Both the position numbers and the translations under genes were made by a program. A stretch of DNA of 64,000 nt from Negaprion brevirostris (Eukaryota), in the NCBI GenBank assembly GCA_030324005.1, contig JARDVH010000031.1:52666117-52730116 (forward strand). The letters run 5' to 3'. Position 1 is the stretch's first letter, and every line of letters starts with the position of its first letter. Shown piece by piece: positions 50,201 to 56,600 of the stretch. Under the pieces are notes generated by a model. That model saw only the letters and a program-made list of their open reading frames with translations. It was not told where the DNA came from and did not search any database.

Positions 50201-52237
50201 CTTTCTAGCACAGTACAATTAATAGCGTTTACTCAGACCTGTTATTACTCAAGACGCTATTCCCATTCAATGATTAATGTTAAAAATATCTGAATTTCAA
50301 TAAGAAATTCTTCTGTTTCTATTTCAAACCATTGCCTTTGACAGAGTGTTTAAATCGCGAATTGAACTTTCTTTTCCTCTCGCCGCAATCTCAAGTATAT
50401 GAAGGCTACCTGACCCTGGCATTCAGGGCTGTAGGGAAATCGTCACTTGACCGGGGTAGCTTGTACTTCGTATTTCAGTGAAACTTGTGTGAAAAATGGA
50501 GCGCACTTTTTTAGATGTATGTCTGGATGCATACGAATGCCACTCTTCATCGCCCTTACCTGGTCGCAGGTTAAGTACAAGTTTTTGTGGGGAGATTTGT
50601 GTCCTTTTCCCGCCTCTCTTCTCGGTGCCCGGGGTTAGAGGCTCGCCTCTTACCACCCTAAGGTTGCTGACGGAAAATTCTATGAACTCCCGGGGACATT
50701 CCCGCAGCAAAAGATTACCAAGAGTGTCACATCTTCCACCCGCGCCTGAACCGTCACTGAAGCCCTAAAATGAACAAGAACAATCGTTTCCTACACCTAA
50801 TCTTTGTTTCCAAACCAAAGGCTGGAGATGTTAAAAGAAATTTGAAATCTGTTAATAAACACATGGTGGCTCTCTAAATGATCCCAATGAGGAAAGTAGC
50901 AACATTCAAATCTCCCAACTAACATTCCATTTGGATCTTCAAAATATATTTTTGAATATCAATAAATCCCTTCAAGCGAGTCTTACCACTATCCAGGTGC
51001 TTGTTCTGTTGGAAAACATGAATTCCAGTATTGGCTGGCCGCAAGCTATTTACTTCGAGCTGGATAATGGGGACACAACCCCATTTGTGATATATACAAT
51101 ATTCCATTATGTTACTATATACAAGGTGCATTCTGTTCCACGGGCTTGCATTCACTCGCTAAGTAACTTAAGAGGAATAGTTGTACAAGTTTGCTCAAAT
51201 CTAATTTTCTGAGCCCGAGGCTATTTAAATAAGTGAGGCGTACTCAACACTTCAAGCCTGTGTAAATTCCCGGTTTGATGTGTGAATGACAGTTGTATTA
51301 CAGGGTTAAAATGGATTGGTTTTAGAATCCTTCGCCTTCAGTAATGTTTGCTGCAGACGTTATGAGCAAATATTTTGCCATATTCATCCATAAAATGGAT
51401 TATTCATTTACTTATAATGTAGTTTAGCAGCATGCAATTGGCACCAATGAACTGCATAAGAAGCAGATTGTTGTGGGTTTAATGGATTAACTATTAACCT
51501 CATGGTCAAACTCACGAGTAAGCGACAGAAAGGAAATCTCACCTAACGCTAACAAATAATGGAGTAAATGTAAAGATTTGTCCTTGAAAGACCTGGTAAT
51601 ATATATATTTAAAAAACATTTATTCTACCTCTTTGAAACACCAACCACACAGCGGGCCAAGCCTCAAACAGTCTTCACAAGTGACTGCATTTCCAGAGGC
51701 ACAGGAACCTGCCAAAGAAACAATGGAGGAATGAATGACCAGAACATGAATCGAAGGAATAATTTGCCTGCGACAGAGAAGGAACGCTCCTGAACATTTG
51801 ACAAATTGCACTAGTTGCTAAGTGTAAACAAGTAGATCATTAAAAAAATCTTTGAAATGAAATGGTCAAATGAATGGATTACAACAATTGTGATTCCCGA
51901 ACAATAATAAATCTACCCCTTCCCGAGAAATCAGGTGTAATGTTCACATGTTAATTCCTGGTCTGTATTTGGACGAATGCTACTTGCGCAAATTGTACAA
52001 AACCAAACAACATTTCAGTTCACTTACTATACATCACATATTTTCACTGAACAATGTCAGCTAGCTCAGGTAATACGCAAGGTCACGGAGCAGAATTTAC
52101 TGGCCCTTGTTCCATGCTGCGTAAACAAAAAGAAAGTCACAATAATAAGTGAAATGTGTCGTAACCACGAACTCACCTTCTGCACCACTCATTGATTTTG
52201 CCAGAAGCAGCAGCACTGTCACCAGGTCCACTCTCAT
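5106..52237 (-). CDS. ITGB6: Integrin beta-6, complete 15-exon CDS: join(complement 52177-52237, 51629-51708, 50560-50764, 49726-49972, 47645-47810, 47394-47555, 43597-43692, 35368-35457, 25525-25659, 24347-24764, 21138-21360, 12071-12168, 8565-8684, 5582-5748, 5106-5201); 2364 nt, 787 aa
   Basis: Exon sizes 61/80/205/247/166/162/96/90/135/418/223/98/120/167/96 give one open frame with GT-AG junctions. Domains: signal peptide, PSI, betaI with MIDAS DLSAS, hybrid, Cys-rich I-EGF repeats, beta-tail, TM, NPLY/NVTY tail. Beta6-type motifs include [34 protein letters not shown] and [26 protein letters not shown]. Confidence 0.96.
5582..5748 (-). CDS. ITGB6: ITGB6 exon 14, transmembrane helix and proximal tail [55 protein letters not shown]
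   Basis: Acceptor ttgcacag|AA, donor ACG|gtatgt, 167 nt. Confidence 0.97.
5910..7556. mobile_element. Non-autonomous DNA-transposon-like element of about 1.65 kb (PIF/Harbinger-like termini), with a small SINE/LINE tail nested at about 6798-6860
   Basis: Ends acctggattttca ... tgaaaattcaggc are inverted. A C-rich block (6230-6500) is mirrored by a G-rich block (7170-7300). No coding capacity. Confidence 0.5.
7830..8220 (+). mobile_element. CR1 LINE 3' end, decayed
   Basis: aggaagcatcttatcacagaaaagttagtaaaaatctggaacactgtcccccaa (F.QRVV..WN.LP) and tail gactgaatggcctactt. Confidence 0.75.
8565..8684 (-). CDS. ITGB6: ITGB6 exon 13, beta-tail [39 protein letters not shown](E)
   Basis: Acceptor ttttgtag|AA, donor CAG|gtgagc, 120 nt, phase 1/1. 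Confidence 0.93.
9850..10185 (-). mobile_element. Fragment of CR1/L2-group LINE (same family as 36985-37645)
   Basis: ORF 9839..10186 ends [14 protein letters not shown], matching the STIYK.QVRS.MEY motif. Confidence 0.7.
10185..11305 (+). mobile_element. DeuSINE (SacSINE1-like) split by a nested GC-rich non-autonomous element (about 10335-11035) and a Penelope terminal fragment (11120-11226)
   Basis: Deu core gtctttttgatgggaagttaaaccagg...ctcagatggac at 10197-10250. The SINE resumes at 11040 and ends aaagagccttatataaatataagtttcttt. Confidence 0.65.
11545..12030. mobile_element. Cluster: CR1 tail (minus, 11545-11740), HE1 SINE 3' half (plus, 11745-11882), variant SINE tail (plus, 11955-12030)
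   Basis: acatagaaatatag...ggagcaggagtaggc; aaattgccccttagtgtc...ttctatga; cacagtaatttcattgcagtgttaatgtaagcc (inverse copy at 34880-34945). Confidence 0.7.
12071..12168 (-). CDS. ITGB6: ITGB6 exon 12, beta-tail [32 protein letters not shown](E)
   Basis: Acceptor tcttgcag|G, donor CAG|gtagca, 98 nt. Phases 2/1 fit the neighbouring exons. Confidence 0.93.
12941..13003 (+). mobile_element. hAT (Charlie-like) transposon terminus
   Basis: Starts CAGGGctgagcaaaattttcaacctgagggctatatc, resembling hAT CAGGGGT.GGCAAAC termini. The other end was not found. Confidence 0.4.
13285..13790 (+). repeat. C-rich low-complexity tract with degenerate (c)ctgacc(c) units, probably the interior of a non-autonomous element
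   Basis: Repeated cctgac/tctgac motifs and strong C skew; explains the Pro/Thr-rich and Gly/Val-rich ORFs here. Confidence 0.6.
14560..15190 (-). mobile_element. Gypsy LTR-retrotransposon pol relic (protease to RT start)
   Basis: TSATCNTMS (degenerate DTGAxCN protease motif) and ORF 14609..14857 LGCLP..CHLEVD...[21 protein letters not shown], followed by RVCRDPKD. Confidence 0.82.
15200..15785 (+). mobile_element. Young CR1 LINE RT fragment, cut by an assembly gap
   Basis: [11 protein letters not shown] and ORF 15481.. IYTNDLEE...ISKFVDDTK...[16 protein letters not shown]. Confidence 0.93.
15886..15998 (-). mobile_element. HE1 SINE 5' (tRNA-derived) part
   Basis: cacagacacagggagaatgtgtaaactccacacag...agcaatgctaaccactg. 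Confidence 0.8.
16703..17555 (-). mobile_element. CR1 LINE 3' portion, inserted within a GC-rich non-autonomous element (about 16508-18340)
   Basis: ORF 16908..17231 [30 protein letters not shown]...KTRGH...FSQRVV. Confidence 0.9.
19378..20330. mobile_element. Cluster: CR1 tail (minus, 19378-19620), LINE endonuclease start (plus, about 19640-20140), CR1 tail (plus, 20150-20330)
   Basis: agaaccatagaac tail; LLANIWRL...[26 protein letters not shown]-endonuclease-like frame; agggccaaagggcctgctcctgtgctgt tail. Confidence 0.7.
20665..20995 (+). mobile_element. DeuSINE (SacSINE1/AmnSINE1-related)
   Basis: cttgcctctgagtgagaaagtt head and Deu core gtactgagggaatgctgcactgtcagaaataccatcttttggatgaaatgttaaaccaaggc. 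Confidence 0.8.
21138..21360 (-). CDS. ITGB6: ITGB6 exon 11, I-EGF repeats [29 protein letters not shown]...[14 protein letters not shown](R)
   Basis: Acceptor ttcctag|GT, donor ACG|gtaatc, 223 nt. Confidence 0.97.
21456..21755 (+). mobile_element. HE1-type V-SINE, near full length
   Basis: B-box GGTTCAATTC, central tgtgtggagtttgcacattctccc domain, CR1-derived tail. Confidence 0.9.
21915..22668 (+). mobile_element. DeuSINE interrupted by nested fragments (about 22155-22475)
   Basis: cttctgagtcagaaagtt head and Deu core. Resumes at 22478 and ends aaaggtgctatttaaatacaagttgtt. Confidence 0.7.
24347..24764 (-). CDS. ITGB6: ITGB6 exon 10, end of hybrid domain and Cys-rich I-EGF repeats, [12 protein letters not shown]...[10 protein letters not shown](G)
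   Basis: Acceptor actttag|GTT, donor GAG|gtatgt, 418 nt. Overlaps ORF 24339..24752. Confidence 0.97.
24933..25105. mobile_element. MITE-like element
   Basis: tggccggaattatctggc ... gccaggaaatccgctga imperfect inverted ends; GC-rich interior. Confidence 0.5.
25180..25450 (+). mobile_element. CR1 RT fragment
   Basis: [26 protein letters not shown]. Confidence 0.8.
25525..25659 (-). CDS. ITGB6: ITGB6 exon 9, [45 protein letters not shown]
   Basis: Acceptor cattgcag|GAG, donor ACA|gtaagg, 135 nt. Confidence 0.96.
26058..26962 (-). mobile_element. Solo LTR, 905 bp
   Basis: Termini TGTCATGA...TCATGACA (8-bp inverted, TG...CA), flanked by tcctc / ccctc (5-bp TSD with one mismatch). AATAAA on minus at 26209-26214. 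Confidence 0.75.
27799..28127 (-). mobile_element. Full-length HE1 SINE nested in a CR1 tail (27722-28450, minus)
   Basis: Complete head-to-tail copy with ctatc on both flanks; the host CR1 sequence continues on each side. Confidence 0.9.
28455..28800 (+). mobile_element. CR1 LINE 3' end
   Basis: ORF 28478..28717 [15 protein letters not shown]...[10 protein letters not shown]...NSL. Confidence 0.92.
29030..29520 (+). mobile_element. CR1 RT fragment, same subfamily as 15200-15785 and 44365-45480
   Basis: ttggactttagcaaggactttgacaaag...atataaatgatttggaggagaatgtaggtggtctgattag...tggcagatggaatttaatctggacaaatg. Confidence 0.9.
29880..30500 (+). mobile_element. Gypsy-type 5' LTR, primer-binding site and degraded leader
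   Basis: LTR-like block followed at about 30128 by TGGTGGCAGC, a typical Gypsy PBS start. Confidence 0.5.
30560..31645 (+). repeat. Purine-rich 24-bp minisatellite (agagcgcaggcacagcgagggcgg and degenerate gagagtgcagacacagcaagg.. units) spanning a gap of about 630 N
   Basis: Near-perfect 24-bp units at 30586-30662 and about 14 degenerate 23-25-bp units at 31291-31645. Confidence 0.92.
33548..34110. mobile_element. HE1 SINE (minus) split by a CR1 3' fragment (plus, about 33678-34040)
   Basis: HE1 tail at 33548-33676 resumes at 34040 (acctacacat...ctacctaacctgca). The insert has [11 protein letters not shown] and a CR1 tail. Confidence 0.8.
34876..35258 (-). mobile_element. HE1-related SINE with an alternative 3' tail, spanning a gap
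   Basis: Head gcagcagtgctaacca and gaattgaatccgggtcc; tail cattaacactgcaatgaagttactgtgaa differs from the standard HE1 tail. Confidence 0.8.
35368..35457 (-). CDS. ITGB6: ITGB6 exon 8, [30 protein letters not shown]
   Basis: Acceptor ccttgtag|AAT, donor AAG|gtacat, 90 nt. Confidence 0.96.
36152..36326 (+). mobile_element. Possible short solo LTR
   Basis: TGTTATA...TGTTACA ends, ATTGG box, AATAAA near the 3' end. TSD unclear. Confidence 0.4.
36985..37645 (+). mobile_element. CR1/L2-group LINE 3' end (RT C-terminus plus 3' UTR)
   Basis: [29 protein letters not shown]...LSTICKIQV...[15 protein letters not shown]; tail ggacaatgaatactgacctagccag. Confidence 0.85.
37708..38100. mobile_element. 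Two CR1 3' tails in opposite orientation on either side of a gap
   Basis: tagaacatagaacattacagcacag (minus) and gatcagccatgatc...ggcctactcctgctcctatttcttatgttctta (plus). Confidence 0.8.
38383..38722 (+). mobile_element. Full-length HE1-type SINE
   Basis: gggtggcatagtgacacaatgattagc head, B-box GGTTCAATTCC, tail gattctattct. Confidence 0.9.
38934..39455. mobile_element. Penelope-derived element with inverted terminal fragments and a nested MITE (38996-39130)
   Basis: aaacagaaaatgtgggaaagactcagcaggtctggcagcatctgtg...agagaaaca on the left; inverse tgtttctctctgtgcagctactg...ccagaattttctattttt on the right. Confidence 0.65.
39830..40050 (+). mobile_element. Old DeuSINE fragment
   Basis: tgtcattttcagatgaaataaatcc...gaggtggatgaaagtgatcccataacaatatttgaagga. 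Confidence 0.6.
41540..41888 (-). mobile_element. tRNA-headed SINE, third family (tail shared with the 36985 and 58870 LINEs)
   Basis: Minus strand reads ggaggcagtaatgcattggt...gttcaaatcc (B-box)...aaatgctggcccagcc...cccatggacaaataaaaaaa. Confidence 0.85.
41995..42390 (+). mobile_element. Ancient SINE relic resembling LF-SINE
   Basis: Ordered blocks agcctttcac / ttgaattcaaccca / gtggccatgtgtccacaagacaaaa / actaaatagcaacaaattggcaatctca resemble the LF-SINE consensus as I recall it. Confidence 0.5.
42758..42946. mobile_element. Palindromic Penelope-derived element (71-bp inverted arms, 8-nt loop, 39-bp unpaired tail) with hammerhead-like motifs
   Basis: Arms 42758-42828 and 42837-42907 differ at 8 of 71 positions. 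Centre reads CTGATGAAGGAGCGGCACTCCAAAAGCTC on minus and GCTCCGAAAGCTC on plus. Confidence 0.8.
43597..43692 (-). CDS. ITGB6: ITGB6 exon 7, [32 protein letters not shown]
   Basis: Acceptor tctgtag|GAA, donor CAG|gtaatt, 96 nt. Confidence 0.96.
44365..45478 (-). mobile_element. Young CR1 LINE, 3' 1.1 kb
   Basis: ORF 45088..45483 [21 protein letters not shown]...[16 protein letters not shown] and ORF 44675..44893 RFTRMLPGM...[13 protein letters not shown]. Confidence 0.95.
47394..47555 (-). CDS. ITGB6: ITGB6 exon 6, [54 protein letters not shown]
   Basis: Acceptor ttttag|GAA, donor ATG|gtaaaa, 162 nt. The intron to exon 5 is only 89 bp. Confidence 0.97.
47645..47810 (-). CDS. ITGB6: ITGB6 exon 5, (W)[55 protein letters not shown]
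   Basis: Acceptor taaatag|G, donor AAG|gtaaat, 166 nt; [13 protein letters not shown] motif. Confidence 0.97.
48177..48485 (-). mobile_element. HE1-type SINE
   Basis: tagaatcatagagtccctacag...ggaggaaaccggagcacccggaagaaacc...gaggcagcagtgttaaccac. Confidence 0.9.
48525..48872 (-). mobile_element. tRNA-headed SINE, same family as 41540-41888
   Basis: Colinear with the 41540 copy (ttaagagtcaac...tctggagtcaca...gaaccagatggg...cattaccctgggtctctg). Confidence 0.88.
49726..49972 (-). CDS. ITGB6: ITGB6 exon 4, start of betaI domain with MIDAS DLSAS and ADMIDAS DD
   Basis: Acceptor ctaatag|GT, donor CTG|gtatgt, 247 nt. Encodes [20 protein letters not shown]...GFGTFVDKP. Confidence 0.97.
50560..50764 (-). 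CDS. ITGB6: ITGB6 exon 3, [30 protein letters not shown]...[13 protein letters not shown](G)
   Basis: Acceptor cattttag|GG, donor CAG|gtaagg, 205 nt. Confidence 0.95.
51629..51708 (-). CDS. ITGB6: ITGB6 exon 2, PSI domain (G)[26 protein letters not shown]
   Basis: Acceptor tttggcag|GT, donor GAG|gtagaa, 80 nt. Confidence 0.96.
52177..52237 (-). CDS. ITGB6: ITGB6 coding exon 1, signal peptide [20 protein letters not shown](G)
   Basis: ATG in gacATGa context, hydrophobic core, 61 nt ending GAAG|gtgagt. Phase 1 matches exon 2. Not in the ORF track. Confidence 0.9.
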
Positions 52238-52439
52238 GTCTTGGGATTTCAACACTCAGCACACTGATAGAAAGGATGCGTCCCAAGGCGAAGGAAGAGT
52301 TGAGAAGCTCCTGATACCTGCAGCCAGGCGCTTTGTGGGGGTGGAGCTGCAAACACAGAGCAAAGGACGTGTTCCTTACCTGGGGAGGTGGAGCAGACTG
52401 CTGACACTTGGAGTCTGGGAGTACGGTCACCATGGTGCA

Positions 52440-52950
52440 GCCGCCTCGCCCCTGCCCTTCGCCAACTTCCTCTTTCCTTTTATGGTAAAAACAGGTATGA
52501 AGAAAACAAGTGAGAAAGGTGCAGACACTGTACATCACAGCTTGATGGTGAAAGGCAGCCGGAGCTCACCTGGCCCACGGTGAATTGCACACTTCCGGTA
52601 TATTGCTGCGGAATCGCATTATTCATCGCCGCAAGATTGCTGCTAAAATCCGGCACACCTGAGAGTTCGAAACTACGTTGTGATGAGTTTGTTTTGATTT
52701 TCTAAGGCCAGGATTTCCGTGATGATAGATGATTCGGTACAGACCATGTAAATAGAAGCAATCGCCTTCGAGACAACTTTGCCCACAAGGGTCAGTGGCA
52801 CAGCTCGGTCTCCCATTATTTACACGCCCGGCTCCACAACTGACAAGCCCCAACAAACTTCCCCGACTCAAAGTCACCCGGTTAGTGGCATACCTGAGGA
52901 AGGCAAAGCTGTTGAGAAAGATTGTTGTAGCGAGTGCGGACTTGTCCATT
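52440..52950 (-). promoter_or_regulatory. Putative ITGB6 promoter: CpG-enriched, TATA-like CATAAAAG (52484-52477), ETS sites GAGGAAGT (52472-52465) and ACCGGAAGTG (52599-52590), GC-box-like GGGGCGAGG, CACCTG E-boxes
   Basis: Motifs read directly 200-700 bp upstream of the ATG. CpG density is visibly higher than in the introns. Confidence 0.6.
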
Positions 52951-53149
52951 GGAAAGTATAATTGCAATATTCATCAATTGTATTAACCTCTACTGGGGGA
53001 AAGATCCTCAAGATTGTATTGTGTAACTCAATCCAAAATATCAGATAATCTTTGTTCTTGTTCACCTGCATTGCACCGCATCTGCTATCTATTTACCTAC
53101 TCTGCTATAATAAAAACATAAAACATTGGAAGTACAGAGTGGAGCCCAT

Positions 53150-53243
53150 AGGATCTGATGAGAGAAACAGAGATGATATTTCAGGTCAACACCCTTTCAT
53201 CAGAACAGAATTCTGATGGAAGGTCATCAACCTGAACCATAAC
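53150..53243. mobile_element. Small head-to-head Penelope terminal-repeat palindrome with hammerhead-like cores
   Basis: ttcaggtcaacaccctttcatcagaa-cagaa-ttctgatggaaggtcatcaacctgaa. Confidence 0.6.
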
Positions 53244-53244
53244 T

Positions 53245-53800
53245 TGGGAAGCCTTGTTGAAACTATACAAGGCACTAGTTAGACCACATCTGGACTAATA
53301 TGAGCAATTTTGGTCCCTTTATCTAAGGAAATATATACTGGTATTGGAGGCAGTCCAGAGAAGGTTTACTAGATTGATATCAGTTTGGAGAGATTTTCTT
53401 ATCAGCAGAGGTTGAGTAGGTTGGGCCTGTACTCATTGGAGTTTAGAAGAATGAAAGGCAGTGTTATTGAGACATTTAGGGCAGGATTTTATGGCCTCGT
53501 TCGACCCGAGACCAGAAAATCCCACCTGACGTCACCGGACATTTCCATTGCCCTGCTCCGATTCAGCAGCGGGCGGGGCGGTAGAATTCTAGTGATAGGA
53601 TTCTCGTGGGGCTTGACAGGGTAGATGCTGACAGGTTGTTTCCCCTTGTGGGAGAGTCTAGGACCAGAGGGCATAATTCATAATTTCAGAGTAAAAGGTT
53701 GCCCTTTTAAGACAGACATGAGGAAGAATTTCTTCCCTCAGACGAATCTGAGAAATTCTTTACACTAGTGGAAAGTGGAGTTGAGGATTATCATATCAGA
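53245..53800 (+). mobile_element. CR1 3' fragment interrupted by a MITE (53478-53595)
   Basis: FSYQQRLSRLGLYSLEFRRMKG..IETF, then insert gggcaggattttatggcc...cggtagaattctag, then CR1 resumes. Confidence 0.85.
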
Positions 53801-54012
53801 GGTAAGCTTTTTCCTAGGTTGGAAACAAAAATTACAAGGGGCCACAGGCTTAGGGTGAGGGGGGCGAGGTATAATTCGGATGTTAGAGGGAGGTTTTTCT
53901 AACAGAGGGTGGNNNNNNNNNNNNNNNNNNNNNNNNNNNNNNNNNNNNNNNNNNNNNNNNNNNNNNNNNNNNNNNNNNNNNNNNNNNNNNNNNNNNNNNN
54001 NNNNNNNNNNNN

Positions 54013-54340
54013 AGTTTGCACATTCTCCCCGCGCTTGCGTGGGTTTTCTCCGGGTGCTCCGGTTTCCTCCCACACCCCAAAAACGTGCTCTTAGGCTGAC
54101 TGGTGTAACAAATTATCCCTAAATTAGTCTTCCCTCAATCTTCCCCAATAGGCGTAGACAAAGGTCATAGGTAGATGAGGGCAGTCATAATGTTAAAATG
54201 GCGGCACGGTCTCGTTGGGCCGAAGGGCCTGTTTCCCATGCTGTGTTGTTCTTTGTTCTTCATCAGTCATGATCTCATTGAATGGCAGAGCAGACTTGAT
54301 GGGCTGAATGGCCTACTTCTGCCCTTACATCTCATGGTCT
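54013..54340 (+). mobile_element. HE1-related SINE part plus CR1 tail
   Basis: agtttgcacattctccccgcg...ccgggtgctccggtttcctcccac; gggccgaagggcctgtt. Confidence 0.8.
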
Positions 54341-54344
54341 TATA

Positions 54345-54830
54345 CCTCAGTATCACCTGGAGAGTGCCCTTCACTAGAATTTATAATCTTCTTGCTGTGT
54401 ACAGGGGCTTTGTGGGTGGTATCTGCTTTGGATCACCAGCTATGGCTCTTTGTTTGATAGGACTGTCATGCTAGCTTTTGTGTGTAATTTTAAATTTGTT
54501 AGATGGCCATTGACAGGAATGTCTGCAGTCCAAAACAAAACATCAAAATCTTTGACCTCACCCAAGAAGCATGGTTCTGTTCTCTGGGTTGCAGTCTTCA
54601 CCTTGTGGATCGACTTGGGGCCTTCCAAGCATTTCAGAGTTCTTGCCTTGCACAGTTTGCCATAGTGTTCAATCTGATGCATTGGAAGCATTAGGTTGCA
54701 CCTTGAGAACAAATTCTTCCCATAATTTTCCACGGTAACTGGTTCTTATTCTTTGCCTGATATGACTAATTTTGGTCAAAGTAGCTGACCTCCCATGATG
54801 ATTGTCACAGTAAGCTGGACAAGATATCAG
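54345..54830 (-). mobile_element. Gypsy gag-protease relic
   Basis: ORF 54440..54733 has HYGKLCK (zinc-knuckle remnant) and FLGEV...WTADIPVNGHLTNLKLHTKASMTVLS (degenerate FKLDTGAxVTVLS protease motif). Confidence 0.7.
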
Positions 54831-56389
54831 TTTTGATAAGAGAAATNNNNNNNNNNNNNNNNNNNNNNNNNNNNNNNNNNNNNNNNNNNNNNNNNNNNNN
54901 NNNNNNNNNNNNNNNNNNNNNNNNNNNNNNNNNNNNNNNNNNNNNNNNNNNNNNNNNNNNNNNNNNNNNNNNNNNNNNNNNNNNNNNNNNNNNNNNNNNN
55001 NNNNNNNNNNNNNNNNNNNNNNNNNNNNNNNNNNNNNNNNNNNNNNNNNNNNNNNNNNNNNNNNNNNNNNNNNNNNNNNNNNNNNNNNNNNNNNNNNNNN
55101 NNNNNNNNNNNNNNNNNNNNNNNNNNNNNNNNNNCTACTCTCTGTGAGGACAATGCTAATCTAACCCCAGCTTTGGGTGCATGCTGTTGTGTTAAAGATC
55201 ACTGCATCCTGATGCCTAATAGCATCTTGAGGCTCAGTATCAAGGTGCAACCTCTGCATTAATGATACATAATGATAACGGCATTTGGAGCGATGGTGAT
55301 ATTTGGATGTAGCACCACCTTCAGATGGTCAAGCAAGAACCACTGATGGATGTTTTTACTCTTATGCCTACAGTCGGGCTGATCAAGTAAAGCAGTATGT
55401 TCACCTGTTTCTCTTCTTATTTTTTATTTAATCCCAAAGCCTTAAAAATCTTTTCCATCATAGAGCCCCATTTTGTGACTGGTCTGGACCCTGAATTAGT
55501 CCGAATTGGAAGTGTAAAATTGTAATTCATGTTAAAAGATTTATAAAGTGTATGCGCAGCTTTAAGAGCTTATTGGATTTCAAGATGGCATTTCAGTTGA
55601 CTCAGAGACAAAGGGATTTCTTGCACTTGCTGGTTTTGGCACCTCTTTAAAGAAAGCTTTTAACAATGGCTGCCTGTTGATTTCTTTTTGTTCTGTGATT
55701 TACTTTTTAAACCATCAAGTCAGTTGACTTGGAGCTTCTGCTTGTTTATTGCTGAGCTGGGCAGTCACAACATTTCTTACATAATTAATTCTTTGTCTTT
55801 TTCTGACAAGTTCAGGCTCCCACTTGGGCATCATATTTTAGTGATGGGCTTCTTAGAAATGGCACTTTGGACACTGAATTACTGAAAGAAGTTCTCAGAA
55901 CTTTCTGCAGCCTTGAATTTTAAAAGATCCAGCTCACTCACATAGGTTGAGTTGATTCTGCACTCTGAAACTAGACTTCCAAAGGAGGTTCAATGGAGTC
56001 TCCTGCTGCAGTAAAGAAGTTTACATTTGTGCCTTCAACTTCAAGAGCAATTTTTTTAACGATTTTTACCTTGAACGCCTGGTTCTTAAAGAACTTCTTT
56101 CCAGGTCAGAACATTTTGTTGAGTTTTTTCTCTGTGTTCCAACACAGGTGGAAAAAATAATTAAACACAGTAAATAATGTTTGAACCAGCAAATGGTATC
56201 TTAATTTATACAATATTCCTGTGTAATGAGAAACATTTTTCAAAAAATTTTGACATGACAAAAAGGAATAAAAATCTAATCTCATGTCCATTATAACCTG
56301 TCCCTTTTCTGTTGGGGCTCATCTGTTTTGTACACAGAGCATTATGGACAATACAATAGAGTTGTTTAAAATTATCAAATATGTACACA

Positions 56390-56600
56390 TTAGATAGGAG
56401 GGGTCTGTTTCAAGTGGTTGACAGGTCAAAAATAAGAGACCATTAATTAAATGTGAGAGATTTACAACAGGGAGCATGAGAAATTGCTTTCTGCAGAGAG
56501 TTGTAAGATTGTGTAATTTACCACTAGGATTAGTGCTTCAGGAGACAAATTATGTCATGGATTTGTTCAAAGTGAGAGTTGACAGGCATCGGGGAACTGC
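56390..56600 (+). mobile_element. Old CR1 3' fragment
   Basis: gagaaattgctttctgcagagagttgtaagattgtgtaatttacc (RN.F.QRVV.LWN.LP). Confidence 0.65.

Noticed and set aside
51709-51811. In-frame upstream extension of the exon 2 ORF ([12 protein letters not shown]...IVSLA) as the ITGB6 N-terminus
   Set aside because: It starts at a non-ATG codon and runs through a polypyrimidine tract and acceptor. A proper 61-nt signal-peptide exon with matching phase exists at 52177-52237.
5106-52237. Assignment to ITGB5, ITGB3 or ITGB1 (PHDG in exon 6 is beta5-like)
   Set aside because: [23 protein letters not shown], the [13 protein letters not shown] tail and the full exon-size series fit beta6. A phylogeny would confirm this.
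52380-52433. MVTVLPDSKCQQSAPPPQ as coding exon 1
   Set aside because: It is not hydrophobic, and its phase-0 donor is incompatible with the phase-1 acceptor of exon 2. Treated as a uORF instead.
52149-52986. Several 60-144 aa ORFs around the promoter as a divergent gene
   Set aside because: Expected in GC-rich promoter DNA; no homology or exon structure evident.
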